The notes below the pieces were generated by a model that was not told the origin of the DNA, searched no databases, and saw only the letters and a program-made list of their open reading frames with translations. A stretch of 64,000 bases of DNA from Octopus vulgaris (lineage: Eukaryota), in assembly GCA_951406725.2 (NCBI GenBank), contig OX597815.1, positions 129,394,001 to 129,458,000 of the forward strand, given 5' to 3'. The position numbers were made by a program, and so were the translations under genes. This document shows positions 38,218 to 52,048 of this stretch, in pieces (position 1 is the stretch's first letter; each line of letters opens with the position of its first letter).

Positions 38218-39034
38218 TATATATGACAGGTATCCATACAGTTTCTTTCTACCAAATTCTCAAGCAAAACATTAGTTTACCCAGGGCTATAATCTGATAC
38301 TTGCCCAAAGTGCTATGCAATGAAAATGAACTAGAAAGCAGAGGGTTGCAGAGTAAACATCTTAACTGTATAGTCATGCTTGTGCCTATACTTAATGATT
38401 TTATAAAATAAGCATTAGACTAAAGTATTGGGGTTGTTGTTACCAAGTAAAACCCTTGGAGGCATGTTCCAGTTTAGATGCAGTCAAGTGACTGGAACCA
38501 GTAAAAGTAGTGACACAGTTTTTCAATATAATATCTTTCACAACCTTTCTTTTGTTTTTAAAATATTCTATTGTTTTTCTTTTTAAATATGAGGACTACA
38601 TGAACAAATGAAGACAAAAAGGATAACTATTCTAGAATAATTGCTGACAAGAAACCCTCTACATGGCTTCTCAGTCTACTAGAAATGATAGCGAAATTTC
38701 TGTTGAATCACAATCTACTATTTTAAAAGATGTTGTCCTTCCAGATACATTGTCTGGATAAAAAGTTGGGATGATCATAGCTCGAATACATTTCTAGCCA
38801 TGATCATCAGGGTGGTCTTTGGTCCAGACAACAATAATCATAAAAAAAAAACCAAAGTTTTTTGAATAGCTACAGCAATGACGAGGGACAGTGTATGACT
38901 CTGCAACTCTGTAAATCTATGTCAAGAAAGGAGGTCAAGAAGCTTCCTGATATTCTGCTAGAGAATGCTTACCAATTCTCTTTTAGCTGTTGGTAAATTT
39001 AATTTAGTGATGACATCTATGTTTTATTTTAACA

Positions 39035-39287
39035 TAGTGGCTCTCAACCATTTTTTGCCTGTAGGCCCCTTTGATTCCTATTATATTCTGCTGGACCCTA
39101 ATAAACATTCAATGTTTAAAACATTTCCATTATATCTTTATAATTAGATATTATTAGAAATTGTATAAAAATATTTTAAATATTCTGTGTATTGTAGAAG
39201 TATAAGTAATTTATTGCACATAAATATTAACAGCAAAATCTTAAGTGGACTCCCAAGGGCCATGTGGATCCCAGTTGAGAACCACTG
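39035..39287. mobile_element. hAT (Charlie/Buster-like) MITE, degraded
   Basis: TIRs tagtggctctcaac / gttgagaaccactg; TSD not preserved. Confidence 0.7.
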
Positions 39288-39619
39288 ACTTGGCAGGATA
39301 ATGGCACAGCCATGTGTGTAGGACACTATTAATATGCTGATAACAGGAATCAGTGTGTTTGCAATAAAGAAACAATGTTGATTTACTCAAATTAGAATTT
39401 AAATATATCAATGAGATCTGTTTGACTTTACATTTTCTTTTTATCAAATATGAACATAAATTATTTTGTTACATATTTATTTGTATATATTTGGTATAAC
39501 TGAAGTAAATTAAAACCGTTTTTCATATTCAACTTTCTCTTTCTTCAACAACATCCAACAAATATGAAAGGATACTGGAACCAACATAATTTGGTTCATG
39601 CTGGATTAAACTTATGCAT

Positions 39620-40004
39620 ACTCTTTACTTGTTTCAGTCATTTGACTGCAGCCATGCTGGAGCACCATTATGATTTTAGTTGAGCAAATTGACATCAGGA
39701 CTTATTCTTTGTAAGCCTAGTACTTATTCTATCAATTTCTTTTGCCGAAACGCTAAGTTACGGGGACATAAACACACCAGCATCAGTTGTCAAGTGATGT
39801 TTGGGGGGGGGGGACAAACACAGACACACAAACATATACACACACATACATATATACGACGGGCTTCTTTCAGTTTCTGTCTATCAAATCCACTCACAAG
39901 GCTTTGGTCGGCCCAAGGCTATAGTAGACTTGCCCAAGGTGCCACGCAGTGGGACTGAGCCTGGAACCATGTGGTTGGTAAGCAAGCTACTTACCACACA
40001 GCCA
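39620..40004 (-). mobile_element. SINE family A, full length
   Basis: Reverse complement of the family A pattern. Confidence 0.9.
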
Positions 40005-41580
40005 GGAAGATGACTACGTTACAGTGAATAAAAATTAGTTTTGTGATCAAATGTTTTTGTTGAAATCTTCAATGAAAAAAAAACAAAAAAAAACTGAAAA
40101 TCGCATCTTAATTAAAAACCCTATCAGAATTTTCTAGTTAGTGGTAGACTTTAATAATTGCTTTTTTTTTTTTTTTTTTTTTTTTAGTAAAAGTTACATA
40201 TTCCAAACTAAGAAATAAACAGCTTTCTTTACTATAGTTGTCTGTTTGTTGCAGTGTGGTATCGATCCTTAAAATGTAGTTATTGTCATTATATATACGT
40301 CACCATTTTCATACTTTGTGAAAGTCATGAACCACACCACAGCTGTCTTGACTATATCACAGCCCTCCTTTCTCCAGGGGGAAAAGCAATGCATTGTGGC
40401 CTCTATAAATGTAATCACATTACACATGGATTAAAAGTGGGCTAAACCTGTGCACCATCCAAGCTTTAAATTATCTAAAATTGATTTTCTTATAAGTAAG
40501 TACATGCATGGTCATATAGTTAAGAAGTATGCTTTGCAAGCCTACTATTTGAGTTTCAATCTCACTGTGCAACACCTTGAGCAAATGTCTTCTTTTATAA
40601 CCCAAGGCTAACTAATACATTGTAAGTAAATTAGGTAGATGGAAACTATGCAGAAACCTGTTGTGTGTGTGCACACAGGCATGCATGTGTGCACACAGGC
40701 ATGCATGTGTTTCTCTTTTTGGTTGGCAACTGGTATTTATTTACATTCCCCATAATTTAGCATCACACAATCTCTCCCTCTCTCCCCTGAATGTCTGTCT
40801 GTCTCATATATATATATATATATATATATATGTCTGTGTGTGTGTGTGGCTGTTTCTTGTGAGACAATTAAACCTGTTTTATATTAAACATATTCATAGA
40901 GGTGTATGTCATTTTGTGTCTACATAGGAAATCAATAATATATGCAGCAGACGTTGTCAGATTTATCACATTCTTGATGTACGATGTCAAGAAAACTGTT
41001 ATAACAACACATATAAAAAGAAGGTGGTAATGGTTTAAAGTTGTTTGCCTGGATCTTCTAGATAGCAGAAGCTGCTTTAGCACTTGAATTGTTTTTATTG
41101 TTGTTTTTCAGCACTCTTAGTGAAACCAAGATATATTTTTTAGTAATATGAAGCCATGGCTATGGTACTACAAATTTGGTAATGGCAGTAATAAATCAAC
41201 AATAATCTGGTGAAGGATAGTTTATACCAGTCTAGTGGATTTGTGGCTGAAAGATAGTTTACAGAACTTTTTCATTCATACTGTGATAAACATTTTGTTA
41301 TTAAATATCAATAGTCTCACACATATGTTGTATTTATGAACAATTTGGTGTTAAAAAGATTTAAGTCACTACAAGTTTGCCAAATACAAGAGTGAAAATG
41401 ATAGATATATAGGAGTGAGGTGGGATGTCTCAATAGCCAATCAAATCTTGTGTAGATGTTTTAGTTCACTGGGAGCTTATCACTGTTGTGTTTGCCATTA
41501 TTGTATTGCATGCGTGTGTGTGTGTGTGTAAACATTATTAATCACATATATACTATTTTAATTTTATGCACACACACAGA

Positions 41581-42032
41581 GTTTTACTTGTTTCAATCCT
41601 AGGATTGTAACCATGCTGGGGTACCACTTTGAAGGGTGTAGTCATTCAAATTGACCCTGGTTATTATTCCCTTTTCGTATCTTTTTTTAAGCTTGTTTCT
41701 TCTATTTCTTTTTGCTAAACTGCTGCTTTAGTGGGAATGTGAACTAATCACCACTGGTTGTTAAGCATTGAAACAAATACCAACATGCATGCACAAACGT
41801 GTGTATGTGTCTGTATACATGTGTATATGTGTGGGCATGTATGTATGTATGTGTGTGTACACAAAAACATACACATAGCAGGCTTCTATTATATCATGTC
41901 TGCCAACAATTCACAAAGTATTGCTTGTCCTTAGGCTGGACAAGACACTTGCCTAAGGTGCTGCACAGTGAGACTGAACCTGGCACTATGTGGCTGCAAA
42001 GTGAACTTCTTAACCACCTAACCATGCTTGTG
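41581..42032 (-). mobile_element. SINE family A, diverged
   Basis: ttttacttgtttc...gacacttgcctaaggtgctgcacagtgagactgaacc. Confidence 0.7.
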
Positions 42033-42072
42033 CTGATTCTAAAAAAAAAAAATAATGAATTTTGAATATAAT

Positions 42073-42445
42073 GGCACAGGAGTGGCTGTGTGGTAAGAAA
42101 ATTGCTTCCCAACCACATGGTCTGGGTTCAGTCCCACTGCATGGAACCTTGGGCAAATGTTTTCTGCTATAACCTCGGGCCAACCAAAGCCTTGTGAGTG
42201 GATTTGGTAGACGAAAACTGAAGGAAACCCATTGTGTGTGTGTGTGTGTGTGTGTGTGTCTCCCCACTGTCATGTGACAACTGATGTTGGTGTGTTTTTG
42301 TCTCTGTAACTTAGTAGTTCAGCAAAAGAGGCCAATAGAATAAGTGCTAGGCTCACAAAGAATAAGTCCTGGGATTGAATTGTTCAACTAAATAAAGGTG
42401 GTGCTCCAGCATGACTGCAATGACTGAAACAAGTAATAAAAACTA
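42073..42445 (+). mobile_element. SINE family A, full length
   Basis: Same diagnostic motifs. Confidence 0.9.
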
Positions 42446-42458
42446 AAAAAATAATTCT

Positions 42459-42690
42459 CATCATTCAACGTCCATTCTCCATGCTGGCATGGGTTGGACA
42501 GTTTGACCAGAGCTGGAGAGCTGGAGAGCTGGACCAGTCTCCAGTCTGCTTTGGCTTGGTTTCTATGGCTGGATACCCTTCCTAATGCCAACCACTTTAC
42601 AAAGTGTGTTGAGTCCTTTTTATGTAGCACCATGCAAGTGCTCTTACGCAACACTGGCACGAGTGCTTTCTACTTGGTACCAGCACAAGA
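42459..42690 (-). mobile_element. RTE 3'-tail copy
   Basis: catcattcaacgtccattctccatgctggcatgggttggac...ggctggatacccttcctaatgccaacc. Confidence 0.8.
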
Positions 42691-43869
42691 CTCTTGCATG
42701 CCAATCTTCATCGGGGAAGCAGGCTTAATTATTTTAAAATTCCCAATCTGACAGGAAAAACTTAACCAAACAGCCATGCCTGCACCTGGGGTTATTGTTC
42801 TTATGCTTCACTTGGATTCATTAGATTCACTGCATGTCTGATGGTTCTAAAATACAGTATGGCAAGCCATAACTAATGAGTGAATATGTTTGATAACATG
42901 TACCATCCTTTCACTAATTTTTTGCTTGAAGTGCCTGTGTAGCCATGAACAGACATACTCTCAGAAGTTCACTTCTTGAAACCTTAAAGAATTCCTCACA
43001 GCAAACCAATTTATTAAACTTATGAACTGTTCACTGAATTCACTTGCATTTATTATTATATTCTTGGTAATTCCAACCCAGGGCCAGCAATTTCAAGGGA
43101 AGGTGGAAGCCAATTACATGAACTCCCATGCTGAACTGCTACTTAGCTTATCCACCTCGAAAGGCTGAAAAGCAAAGTTTATTTCAGCTTTTGCACTCAG
43201 AATGTAAAGAGCTGGAAGATATACCGCTAAGCATTTTGTCCAGTAAGTTAACTATTCTGCCAGCTTGTCACTTTTGTCGTGCTTATCATATTAACTGCTA
43301 TCATAGAAACTTCTTGATTTCCCGCCTAACAATAAGACTGTTTAGTGAGTCATCAACTTGGGCGGAATAATAGCTCTTAGTATTACAATTTTTAAGTATT
43401 GTATTATTCATGGTGTTGGATTGGCAAAACTGTCCAGTGTCATAGACAAAATGTCTTTTGGTATTTTAGTTCTGTTCAAGTTGTTAGTTCAAATCCTGCT
43501 GGAGTTAACTTTGCCTTTTAATCACTCTGGCAGGTCAATAAATTGAGTACAAGTCAAGTGCTGGTAGAGGATATAATTAACTATACCCATCTCTCAAAAA
43601 TTTGTGACAGTGTGCTTGTATATGAAACTGTATTTTTTTTTACTGCTGAATCATAACTACTGTTTCATGTCATTCTTTTTGTTATCTTTTATATTTATCT
43701 TATAGGAAACTGACTTGTTACAGTTTTGTAGTGATTTAATAGATATTCTTGCTATAAAACCATGCTAGTTACTGATTAAATATTATAAGGTCTAGCATTT
43801 CTTTTAGTCTGCTCACTTCAATGCTAATAATACTGACACACTTTATAATATATATATATATATATATAA

Positions 43870-44203
43870 CCAGCGTTACCTTACTGGTGCTTGTGCTGGT
43901 GACACATGAAAAAACATTCAAGCGAGGTTGTTGCCTGTGCCACTGGACTGGCTTCTGTGCAGGTGGAATGTAAAAAACACCATTTGAATGTGGCCGTTGC
44001 CAGTACTGCCTGACTACCCTTGTGCCATAAAAGCATCCACTACACTCTCGGAGTGGTTGGCGTTAGGAAGGGCATCCAGCTGTAGAAACTCTGCCATGTC
44101 AGATTGGAGCCTGGTGCAGCCATCTGGTTCGCCAGTCCTCAGTCAAATTGTCCAGCCCATGCTAGCATGGAAAGCAGACGTTAAACGATGATGATGATGA
44201 TGA
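43870..44203 (+). mobile_element. RTE 3'-tail element
   Basis: gagtggttggcgttaggaagggcatccagctgtagaaac...gttaaacgatgatgatgatg. Confidence 0.9.
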
Positions 44204-44221
44204 TATATATATATATATAAT

Positions 44222-44385
44222 ATAAGACAAGGTAGAAAATGCTAAAATAATTTTATCATGTACATTTTAATACTGGTTTCTGTCTTTTAGACTTGTTCAA
44301 CTAAGAGTAAAATAAGAAAAACAATTAAATTGGAGAAAAAAAAATTTAAATGTTTTGTAAATATTTCCATTGTCTTCAAATAGTC
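44222..44385 (-). mobile_element. Solo PLE pLTR fragment (same family as 12171-12424) with hammerhead-like remnant
   Basis: caaggtagaaaatgctaaaataattttat...tactggtttctgtcttttagacttgttcaact aligns with 12186-12261. Confidence 0.75.
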
Positions 44386-45139
44386 AGTCTGTCTGTCTGT
44401 CTTCCTTTGTGAATGCTTGATAGGTAGGTAGGTAAGTAGTAAATTTGAGGGAATAGTTTTGAGTATAGAGAATTGATGGTTTAAGCAGGCATAGCTGTGA
44501 TGAGAAGTTTGCTTCCCAACCACATGATGTTGTGTTCAGTCCCACTGGGTGACTCTTTAGATAAATGTCTATTACTATAGCCATGGGCCAACCAAAGCCT
44601 TGAAAGTGGATTTGGTAAATGGAAATTGAAAGAAACTTGTTATGTGTGTGTTACTGTTCACTTGCCTGTATATTGCATGATAGTTGCAAACGAGTGTCAC
44701 TGCCATACAAGTGGTTTCTTTTGCTTTCATTCTTCTATGAGAACATGGCTGAGCCTGGGAAGTGTTACCTTGCTTGGAAATGGGTATGAGTTGATGATAG
44801 AAAGGTAGCTGGCTGTAGAAAATCTGCCCCTCAAATTCTATCTGACTCATTCAAGCATGGAAAAGTGAATGTTTAGACAATGAGGTATGTATGCATGTAT
44901 GTATAATCTTTTTACTGGTTCCAACAAGCAAGCTATAATGATGCTGGGGCACTAATATCAATCCTTCTGCTGATTTTGTTTTAGTTGGTATTTGAGGGGT
45001 ATGAATACCACTACTGCAACATGTCAAACTACAATTTAGGTTCATTCAGTACCTTAGATAATGCATGTTTCTAATGCAAAAATATCTACACCATGATTGA
45101 TCTAACCTGTTTGAGAATCATGGAGGCGATGATTTGTCA

Positions 45140-45405
45140 TATGCTGTGCTTGAGAAGACCCATCAAGCCAAGCAAAATCATAGTTGTGGCCAGTGCCAGT
45201 GTCATATGACTGGCACCTGTGCCAGTCACACGTGAAAGGCATCCATTACAGTCCTGGAGTGGTTGGCATTAGGAAGGGCATCTAGCCTTAGAAACCATGT
45301 TGAATCAGACTGGAACTTAGTGCCACTCTCTGGATTGCCAGTTCCAGTTAAACTGTCTAACCCATGCCAGCATGGAAAGCAGATGCTAAATGATGATGAT
45401 GATAA
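45140..45405 (+). mobile_element. RTE 3'-tail element
   Basis: gaagacccatcaagcc...ggttggcattaggaagggcatc...aaatgatgatgatg. Confidence 0.8.
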
Positions 45406-45982
45406 TGAAGTGCAGTTTTTAGTTACAATCTAGGAGGAAACCAGAAGTTATATCTGTTGGCAGGAGAAAAGGAAAGAGATGTTGGGTAAGAACTCAGTAC
45501 ATAAGACTCTGTGTGGGTGGGGTGTAATTGGCTATAAAGTTACATAAATGACTCGAGGGGTAATAGTTTTGTGCATGGCATATACCAGACTGATAAGTGC
45601 CATGCTCTTGAAACTCTTGGTTCTTGATTCACTTAGGTAATTATAGGGTTCAGTCCCACTGTGTGGAACCTTGGGCAAGTACCTTCGTTAGGTCCAGGCT
45701 AATCAAGCCTTTATGAGTGTGTGTTCCTTGCCACCACTTGACAACTGATGCCAGTTTTGTTCGTCCTTTTTACTTAGCAGTTCAACAAAAGAGATTGGTA
45801 GAATAAGCACCAGGCTTAAAAACAAAGTAAGTACTGGGATTGATTTGTTTGACTAAACCCTTCATCAATGCCCCAGTATGGCCAGTCCAATGATGGAAAC
45901 AAGTAAAACATAAGATACATATAACATTATATATATACCTTAGAATAGGTCTCTACATCCTATTTACTTATATATATATATA

Positions 45983-46262
45983 TCATCATCGTTTAACATC
46001 TGTTTTCCATGCTAGCATGGGTTGGACAGTTCGACCAGGGTCTGGGAAGCCAGGAGGCTGCACCAGGCTCCAGTCTGATCTGGCAGTGTTTCTACATCTG
46101 GATGCCCTTCCTAGTGCCAACCACTCCGTGGTGCTTTTTATGTGCCACCAGCACAGGTGCCAGGCGAGGCTGGCAACGGCCACAATCAGTTGGGGCTTTT
46201 TACGTGTCACCGGCACAGAAACCAGTTAAGGCGGTGCTGACATTGGCCATGTTTGGATGGTA
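45983..46262 (-). mobile_element. RTE 3'-tail element
   Basis: catcatcgtttaacatctgttttccatgctagcatgggttggac... Confidence 0.85.
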
Positions 46263-46336
46263 CTTATATATATATATATATAGTTATATGTACATTGTAA
46301 TTTACTTGAAGCATTGTAGAATGTATTTGTTTGTGT

Positions 46337-46531
46337 GTGCTGAAAAGTTCCTGGCTTTGGGTAAAAGGAAATACAAGAGGATCGGTTAATTATGATTTTA
46401 TTCAACATATTCCCCTCTCAGATTCACACACTTCAGTTTTTCTAAACCCTGTAAAAGAACTTGGAAGGTTGGGCCTCTAACCAGGCCTTTCACAATACCC
46501 TTAAAGCCAGGAACTTTTCAACTCCCCCTTG
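46337..46531. mobile_element. mariner-type MITE
   Basis: TIRs gtgctgaaaagttcctggcttt / aaagccaggaacttttcaactccccct. Confidence 0.75.
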
Positions 46532-47014
46532 TGTGTGTGTGTGTGTGTGTGTGTGTATCATCATTCAACTATTTTTATCTTAACTTTTGAATAAAAATAC
46601 CCTTTCACAATGAGGGAATGGGGACAGGAGAATATATCTGAATTCAAACTGAATATGGTAGTAATATCATATGTGGACAAAGTGAGATCAAATATGATAT
46701 TGTATGAGAACAAGGAACAGTGGGGAATGGGTAGATTATAACCACATGTTGTTGAAGTGTAGAGAAAATGGGATCAAATGCTGCACTGTATGGGTGTTGG
46801 ATATCTTCTCCATGTTGTTACTCTTTAAGACGAAGTATTTTATCATAAAATAATCTGATCATTAAATCTTGAAGGTGAAAATTTAATATTTGTTTACATT
46901 TAATATTTTCCCAAAAACATTGGTGCAGCTTTCTTCATTACAGTTTTATATAAATATTTGTCTATTTTAACAGGTATTCACTTATATTTAAACATAATTG
47001 TTTATAAGTTGAAA

Positions 47015-47053
<39 letters not shown>

Positions 47054-47229
47054 TAAAAATTTATTTATACATAAATATATTTATTTAAACATTTTTATAT
47101 CTAAGCATACATATATTTTGTTTAAACATACATATTTCTGTCTCCCCCATCTCTCTCTCTCTCTACACTCACACACAGTTTTTGGTCTCGCACACTTAAG
47201 CCAATTCTTCTTACATTTAGTTTTTTCTC

Positions 47230-48680
47230 TCAGTTTACTTGTATTCCATCATTTATGCATACTAACATTACATGTACATTAAATCATGCTTGCCTCATTT
47301 CTTTCTAGTCTTTGCAAATCCTCTGCATACATGGCCCATGTCTTACTACCATGCTATATTGCTCTTTCTATACGAACATCATACTATCTATAGTCACTCA
47401 AAGGAGAAACCTTCAGTAGAAGTAAGAGCTCCCTGAATTTTCCCCACCCAATTTACTTTGGTTTCCTGTGCACCCACCTTCACTGATAATTAGATCACTG
47501 TACTATGAAGAAAAATTCTCTCACCTTATCTTGAGAATGACTTTGAAAAGGACTCCTCAATCATTGAAGCTATGATTTCATTCGTTCCAGCTTTTAAAGA
47601 AAGCTCATGGAACATTCCTGCATGGAATTTACTTTAGAAAGGAAGCATTTGTGCCAGGCCTGGGACTTGCAAGCTGGAGTACAGTGTTTTGAAGCTGCAG
47701 AATTTATCTTTTAGTTGTTCCTGTCATCAGATTGTGGGCATGCTGGAGCATTGCCTTGAACAAATAACACTCAACATTGCCATGTTGAGTATTATTTACA
47801 GTCAGCTTTGTATTGCTTGATTCTTCCTGCAAAGACCTGGAATATTAATGACTTGATCTTAACTTTATCAGAAACTAGAATGTGCAGAGACTCTTATTGC
47901 AGGTCTGTTTTAACAAACCCCACTCAATCTCAAAAGAGGCCTCTCAAATTTCCCACTTCTTCTCCTGATAGTCAGGTTCCTCAGTTGAGCCCTTCCATCC
48001 TTGGAGCATGACCCACTCTGTCACAATCATCTAGGTAATGAAAGTTGTTAATCACTATGGAGTCTGCTGAGAATTGGAAGAAATTTATGTATTTTTTACT
48101 TTTAACTATTCTTGTATATTTGTTTCATATGACGTCTGCCTCCTTTCTTAGCCTACCTGGGAACCCATTATACTCTTTTGTATATCCATAGTTTAGGAAG
48201 GATACACCATATGGAATTTCTACATACCCTTTGTCTGCATATCAAGCTTAGCGATATCCTTGATTGTAGTAGTTTTCTTTTTGGTGTTTACTAACACTTC
48301 AGTTTTTGCTAACTTTACTTTGAAGCCTCTCAATTCTAGACTTTACTCTCAGGGCTAGAATTTCTCTAAATCTTCTCTAGATTCAGCTTCAAGAACTAGG
48401 TCATCAGTATACTGTTATGGTTTAATTTATTATGTTTATTATAAGAATTGGACTGAGGATTGAGCCTTGTTGAACCTCTGCCTACATGTTAAATTCCTGA
48501 CAGAATTCACTGCTCTCAACTGGCTGACTGTGCCTCAGTACAGGGCTTGTATGACCCTCACAAATCATTCATCTATCTCTATTTCCCTTAGCAATCACTG
48601 GATAACAGAATATGGAACTGTATCAATGCTTACTCCAGATTACTTTTAGCTAAGTACTTCCCCTGCAGTTATTTCACTTG
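47230..48680 (-). mobile_element. Old fragmented RTE LINE (same family type as 10100)
   Basis: Minus strand: YTDDLVLEAESREDLEKF..LELRGFKVKLAKTEVLV (~48290-48411) and IGWGKFRELL...HGSKTWA (~47330-47455). Confidence 0.7.
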
Positions 48681-49620
48681 GAAAATGACGTCAGTAGTAC
48701 ATCTTAGATGCACTTTTGTATATTTTTCTGTTGTATGCTTTGAAAATATTTACAATTTGAAGCAGAAAACAAGTATCAAAGTAATATGAAATCTGATTAT
48801 GTAATCTTTTAAAGATGAAGAAACGAATATTGTTTATTTATCTTTATCACATTCCTGCTTCGAAGAATTTTGGTACATGTTATTTCAATTTCATTTTTTT
48901 TCCCCTCCACCTAACTCGAAATATTGCTAATTGCTAGATTTACTGTAACATCTACGTTGCTGTTTCAAATTCTGTTTGTTCAGCTGAGATGTACTTTGAA
49001 AGCAAACAAAACTTGTTTGAAATGTCTTCTCCATTTAAATGTAATTGATCACTGAAAATATGAATTATCACATTTGATAATATATCATATACTCATGCAT
49101 GAAGAAGTCACTTTGGTAATATATATAATTTAAACAAAAATGAGCTAAGAGAAATAGGTCAGAGTAGTCAAGGCATGTATTTGAACAGCGTAGACAAATA
49201 CAGGTATATGAAATACCATACAACATATAAAATAATTTATTAAATTTATCTCTGTCTCCTCAGTTTAATTTTGCTTAAATTATGCATATTAAGTAGGCCA
49301 TAAATGTGTTCTACTCCTTTTTGTATAAGTCTGAGTCCCTTGGCTATTGAAGATACTGTCAGACCATTGTTGTACTGATGATGGTTATTAAGCATATGAC
49401 GGTCATCTAATTTCCAATTCTTTTTCTTAATGACATCTCAACTTTGGAGAATTCTTGATTCTATCTACTCATCTCAAGTAGAGCAGATCTTAATTTCCAT
49501 TCAATAATTATAACACATCCTCTACAGGCACAGATAATTTTAATAAATCAAGAATCTTTTGTATGGTATTTAATTTACCTGTATTTATCTGTTTTAGTTG
49601 TGTGTGTGTGTGATCATCAT

Positions 49621-49825
49621 CTGGCACACTGGGTGAAATGCTTGACGGTATTTCGTCTGCTACTCTGTTCTGAGTTCAAATTCCGCCGAGGCTGACTATA
49701 CCTTTCATCCTTTCGGGGTCAATTAAATAAATACCAGTTACGCACTGGGGTCAATGTAATCGACTTAATCCCTTTGTCTGTCCTTGTTTGTCCACTCTGT
49801 TTAGCCCCTTGTGGGCAATAAATAA
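49621..49825 (+). mobile_element. SINE family B
   Basis: gttctgagttcaaattccgccgaggctgac...tttcatcctttcggggtc. Confidence 0.85.
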
Positions 49826-51094
49826 ATATCATCTAACATCCATTTTCTATGCTGGCATGGGTTGGATGGTTTGACAGTAGCAGACTAACTGGAGATTTAT
49901 ACCAGGCTCCAAATATGTTTTGGTGTGGTTTCTACTGGTGGATGCCATTCCAGTGTTATGAGTGCTTTATACGTGGCACTGATACAGGTGCTCTTTATGC
50001 AGAATGTCATTTCTAGCATATAGTGTGACTATTCAGAAGTTTTCTCATTTTCTCATATCTCTAACATTGAAAAGATATAGTATTCTTTTAAGCCCTTTGC
50101 ATTTTGGATACCGGCTTCATTTATATGCAAACTATATAATAGACATATAAACAGTGCTGATTTAGTGATTTCTCCATAAATTGCAAACATGAAGACCTTT
50201 AATCATTTTTTGAACCTTATTGGATTCTCATCAAAGGTGTCTACATTTTTTTTATGCTATATGTACTTCTCTTATCTTAGGTTTTTTTTTTATATTTCTA
50301 TTACTCTTTAGCTTCTGTAACTATATAGTACATTGAAATATCTAAATAAATAAATGAATAAAATAGAATATAAATAAATTTAAAAAAATAAAAAAAAACA
50401 TGTCATAAAAGAGGATAAGTATGACTAAGAAACCAGTAGCTGGAGTTATATTTAATTTTAGTCTGCTTTCAGGTAATCCAGTTGCTGTTGAGTCTGAAAA
50501 TAGTTTTGCACTCTTGTATTATTTCCATGCTTTTCCTTATTCCCCATTTCTACTTTAAAAAATTGCTTGGTTACAGCATACATAAAACACAGACACACAT
50601 AGAAAAAAAAAAGGTGGATCAGTAATTTTCTTTATTCTCTTGTGTGACTTTTTCCCTTCAACATTTTTGCTTTTAATTATAATTCATGTTTGAGATATCA
50701 GTTGTGTCAGAGAAGGGATCAAGCAGATTATATATATATATATGTATATATATATTATCTTGTTATAGACACAAGCATAGCTTTGTGGTTTAGGTGTTTG
50801 CTTCACAACTGTATGCTTTCAAGTTCAGTCCCACTGTGTGGCATCTTGGGCAAGTGTGTCTTCTGCCTTTTGAGTGAAATTAGGTCATTAAAATTTAATC
50901 CCCACCATGGGCACAACACATCTCAGGTGACCTTTTAGTACATTACTGACCTTGATATACATTACTCTAATGTAAAACTAGGGATATTTTCCCCAGTGAC
51001 AATAGGTTACTAGTGGCTAGTCTGTAATATTTTGATATGGTGTTGATTAATGCTATAACGACTATTTGCTGTAATGCTTATTTATTTATCTCTT

Positions 51095-51352
51095 ATCTTG
51101 TTTCAGTCATTAGACTGTGGTCATGCTGGGGCATTGCCTTGGTGAATTTTTAGTTGAATCAACCCCAGTACTTTTTTTTTAACATGGTACTTATTCTATC
51201 AGTACCATTTTCAGAACTGCTATGTTATGAAGGTGTAAACACATCAACATTGGTTGTCAAGAGGTGGTTGGGGACAGACAGATACAAAGACACATTGACT
51301 GATCTTAGAACCATGTAGTTGAGAAGCAGACTTCTTACTACATAGCCACGCC
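51095..51352 (-). mobile_element. SINE family A, internally deleted
   Basis: cttgtttcagtcattagactgtggtcatgctggggc...accatgtagttgagaagc. Confidence 0.7.
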
Positions 51353-51630
51353 TACACACACACACACTCACTTGTAGCTTACCATAGAAAGTTTGATTTC
51401 ATATGCAAACTAAACCTTTGTGAAACACAATCATTATTTTGATGCTAAACACCAGTTATTGTTGCACTTCTTCTGAACACTCCATCAGCTTAGGTACTCA
51501 ATGAAGCTAAATATACCAACAACCTAATTGGATTGCCAGTCTTGAGTTCAAATCTGCAGATAGCATATTGTTGTATTTGGGCACCTCACTTAATTTTTTA
51601 TGGCTCAGTCAAGTTAGCTGTTGATAGCAT

Positions 51631-51726
51631 ATGCTAGGCTGCCCAGGAATGGATGCTAGGCTGCCCGGGAATGGATGCTAGGCTGCCCAGGAATGGATGC
51701 TAGGCTGCCCCGGGAATGGATGCTAG
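51631..51726. repeat. 22-bp tandem repeat x4 (atgctaggctgcccaggaatgg)
   Basis: Directly visible, head-to-tail with no spacers. Confidence 0.9.
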
Positions 51727-51747
51727 AGATGTTAGCTTGATGCTACT

Positions 51748-52048
51748 GTGTTGTTGTTTGTTCCTTCTTGAACCATGCCTGGCTCATCAGGGCTGGTTTC
51801 CCAGTTTCTTTGGCATATAGGTTCCCCACCTGGACAAAACACTGGTCTGTTGGAGGAGAGCTGCTAGATGCAGGAGAAAAGAGTTAGAGAAAGTTGTGGT
51901 GAAAGAATTAGAAGTTTACCATTACCTTCTGCCAGAGCCGCATGGAGCTTAGGTATTTCGCTCATAAACACACACATCACTCAGTCTGAGATTCGAACAT
52001 GAGATCCCTTGACTGCAAGTCCACTGCACTAACCACTAGGCCATGTGC
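51748..52048 (-). mobile_element. tRNA-derived SINE, family D
   Basis: Minus-strand head gcacatggcctagtggttagtg...gttcgaatctcagac; (caa)n-type tail. Confidence 0.7.

Noticed and set aside
40354-40375. miR-2-like 5' sequence tatcacagcc
   Set aside because: Only 10 nt match and no pairing precursor arm was seen
50105-50240. Another possible minus-strand hammerhead (TTGATGA ... GAAGCCGGTA)
   Set aside because: No stem I or stem II complementarity found and GAAA is not intact
51631-51726. CRISPR-like repeat array
   Set aside because: No spacers, no cas genes, eukaryotic context
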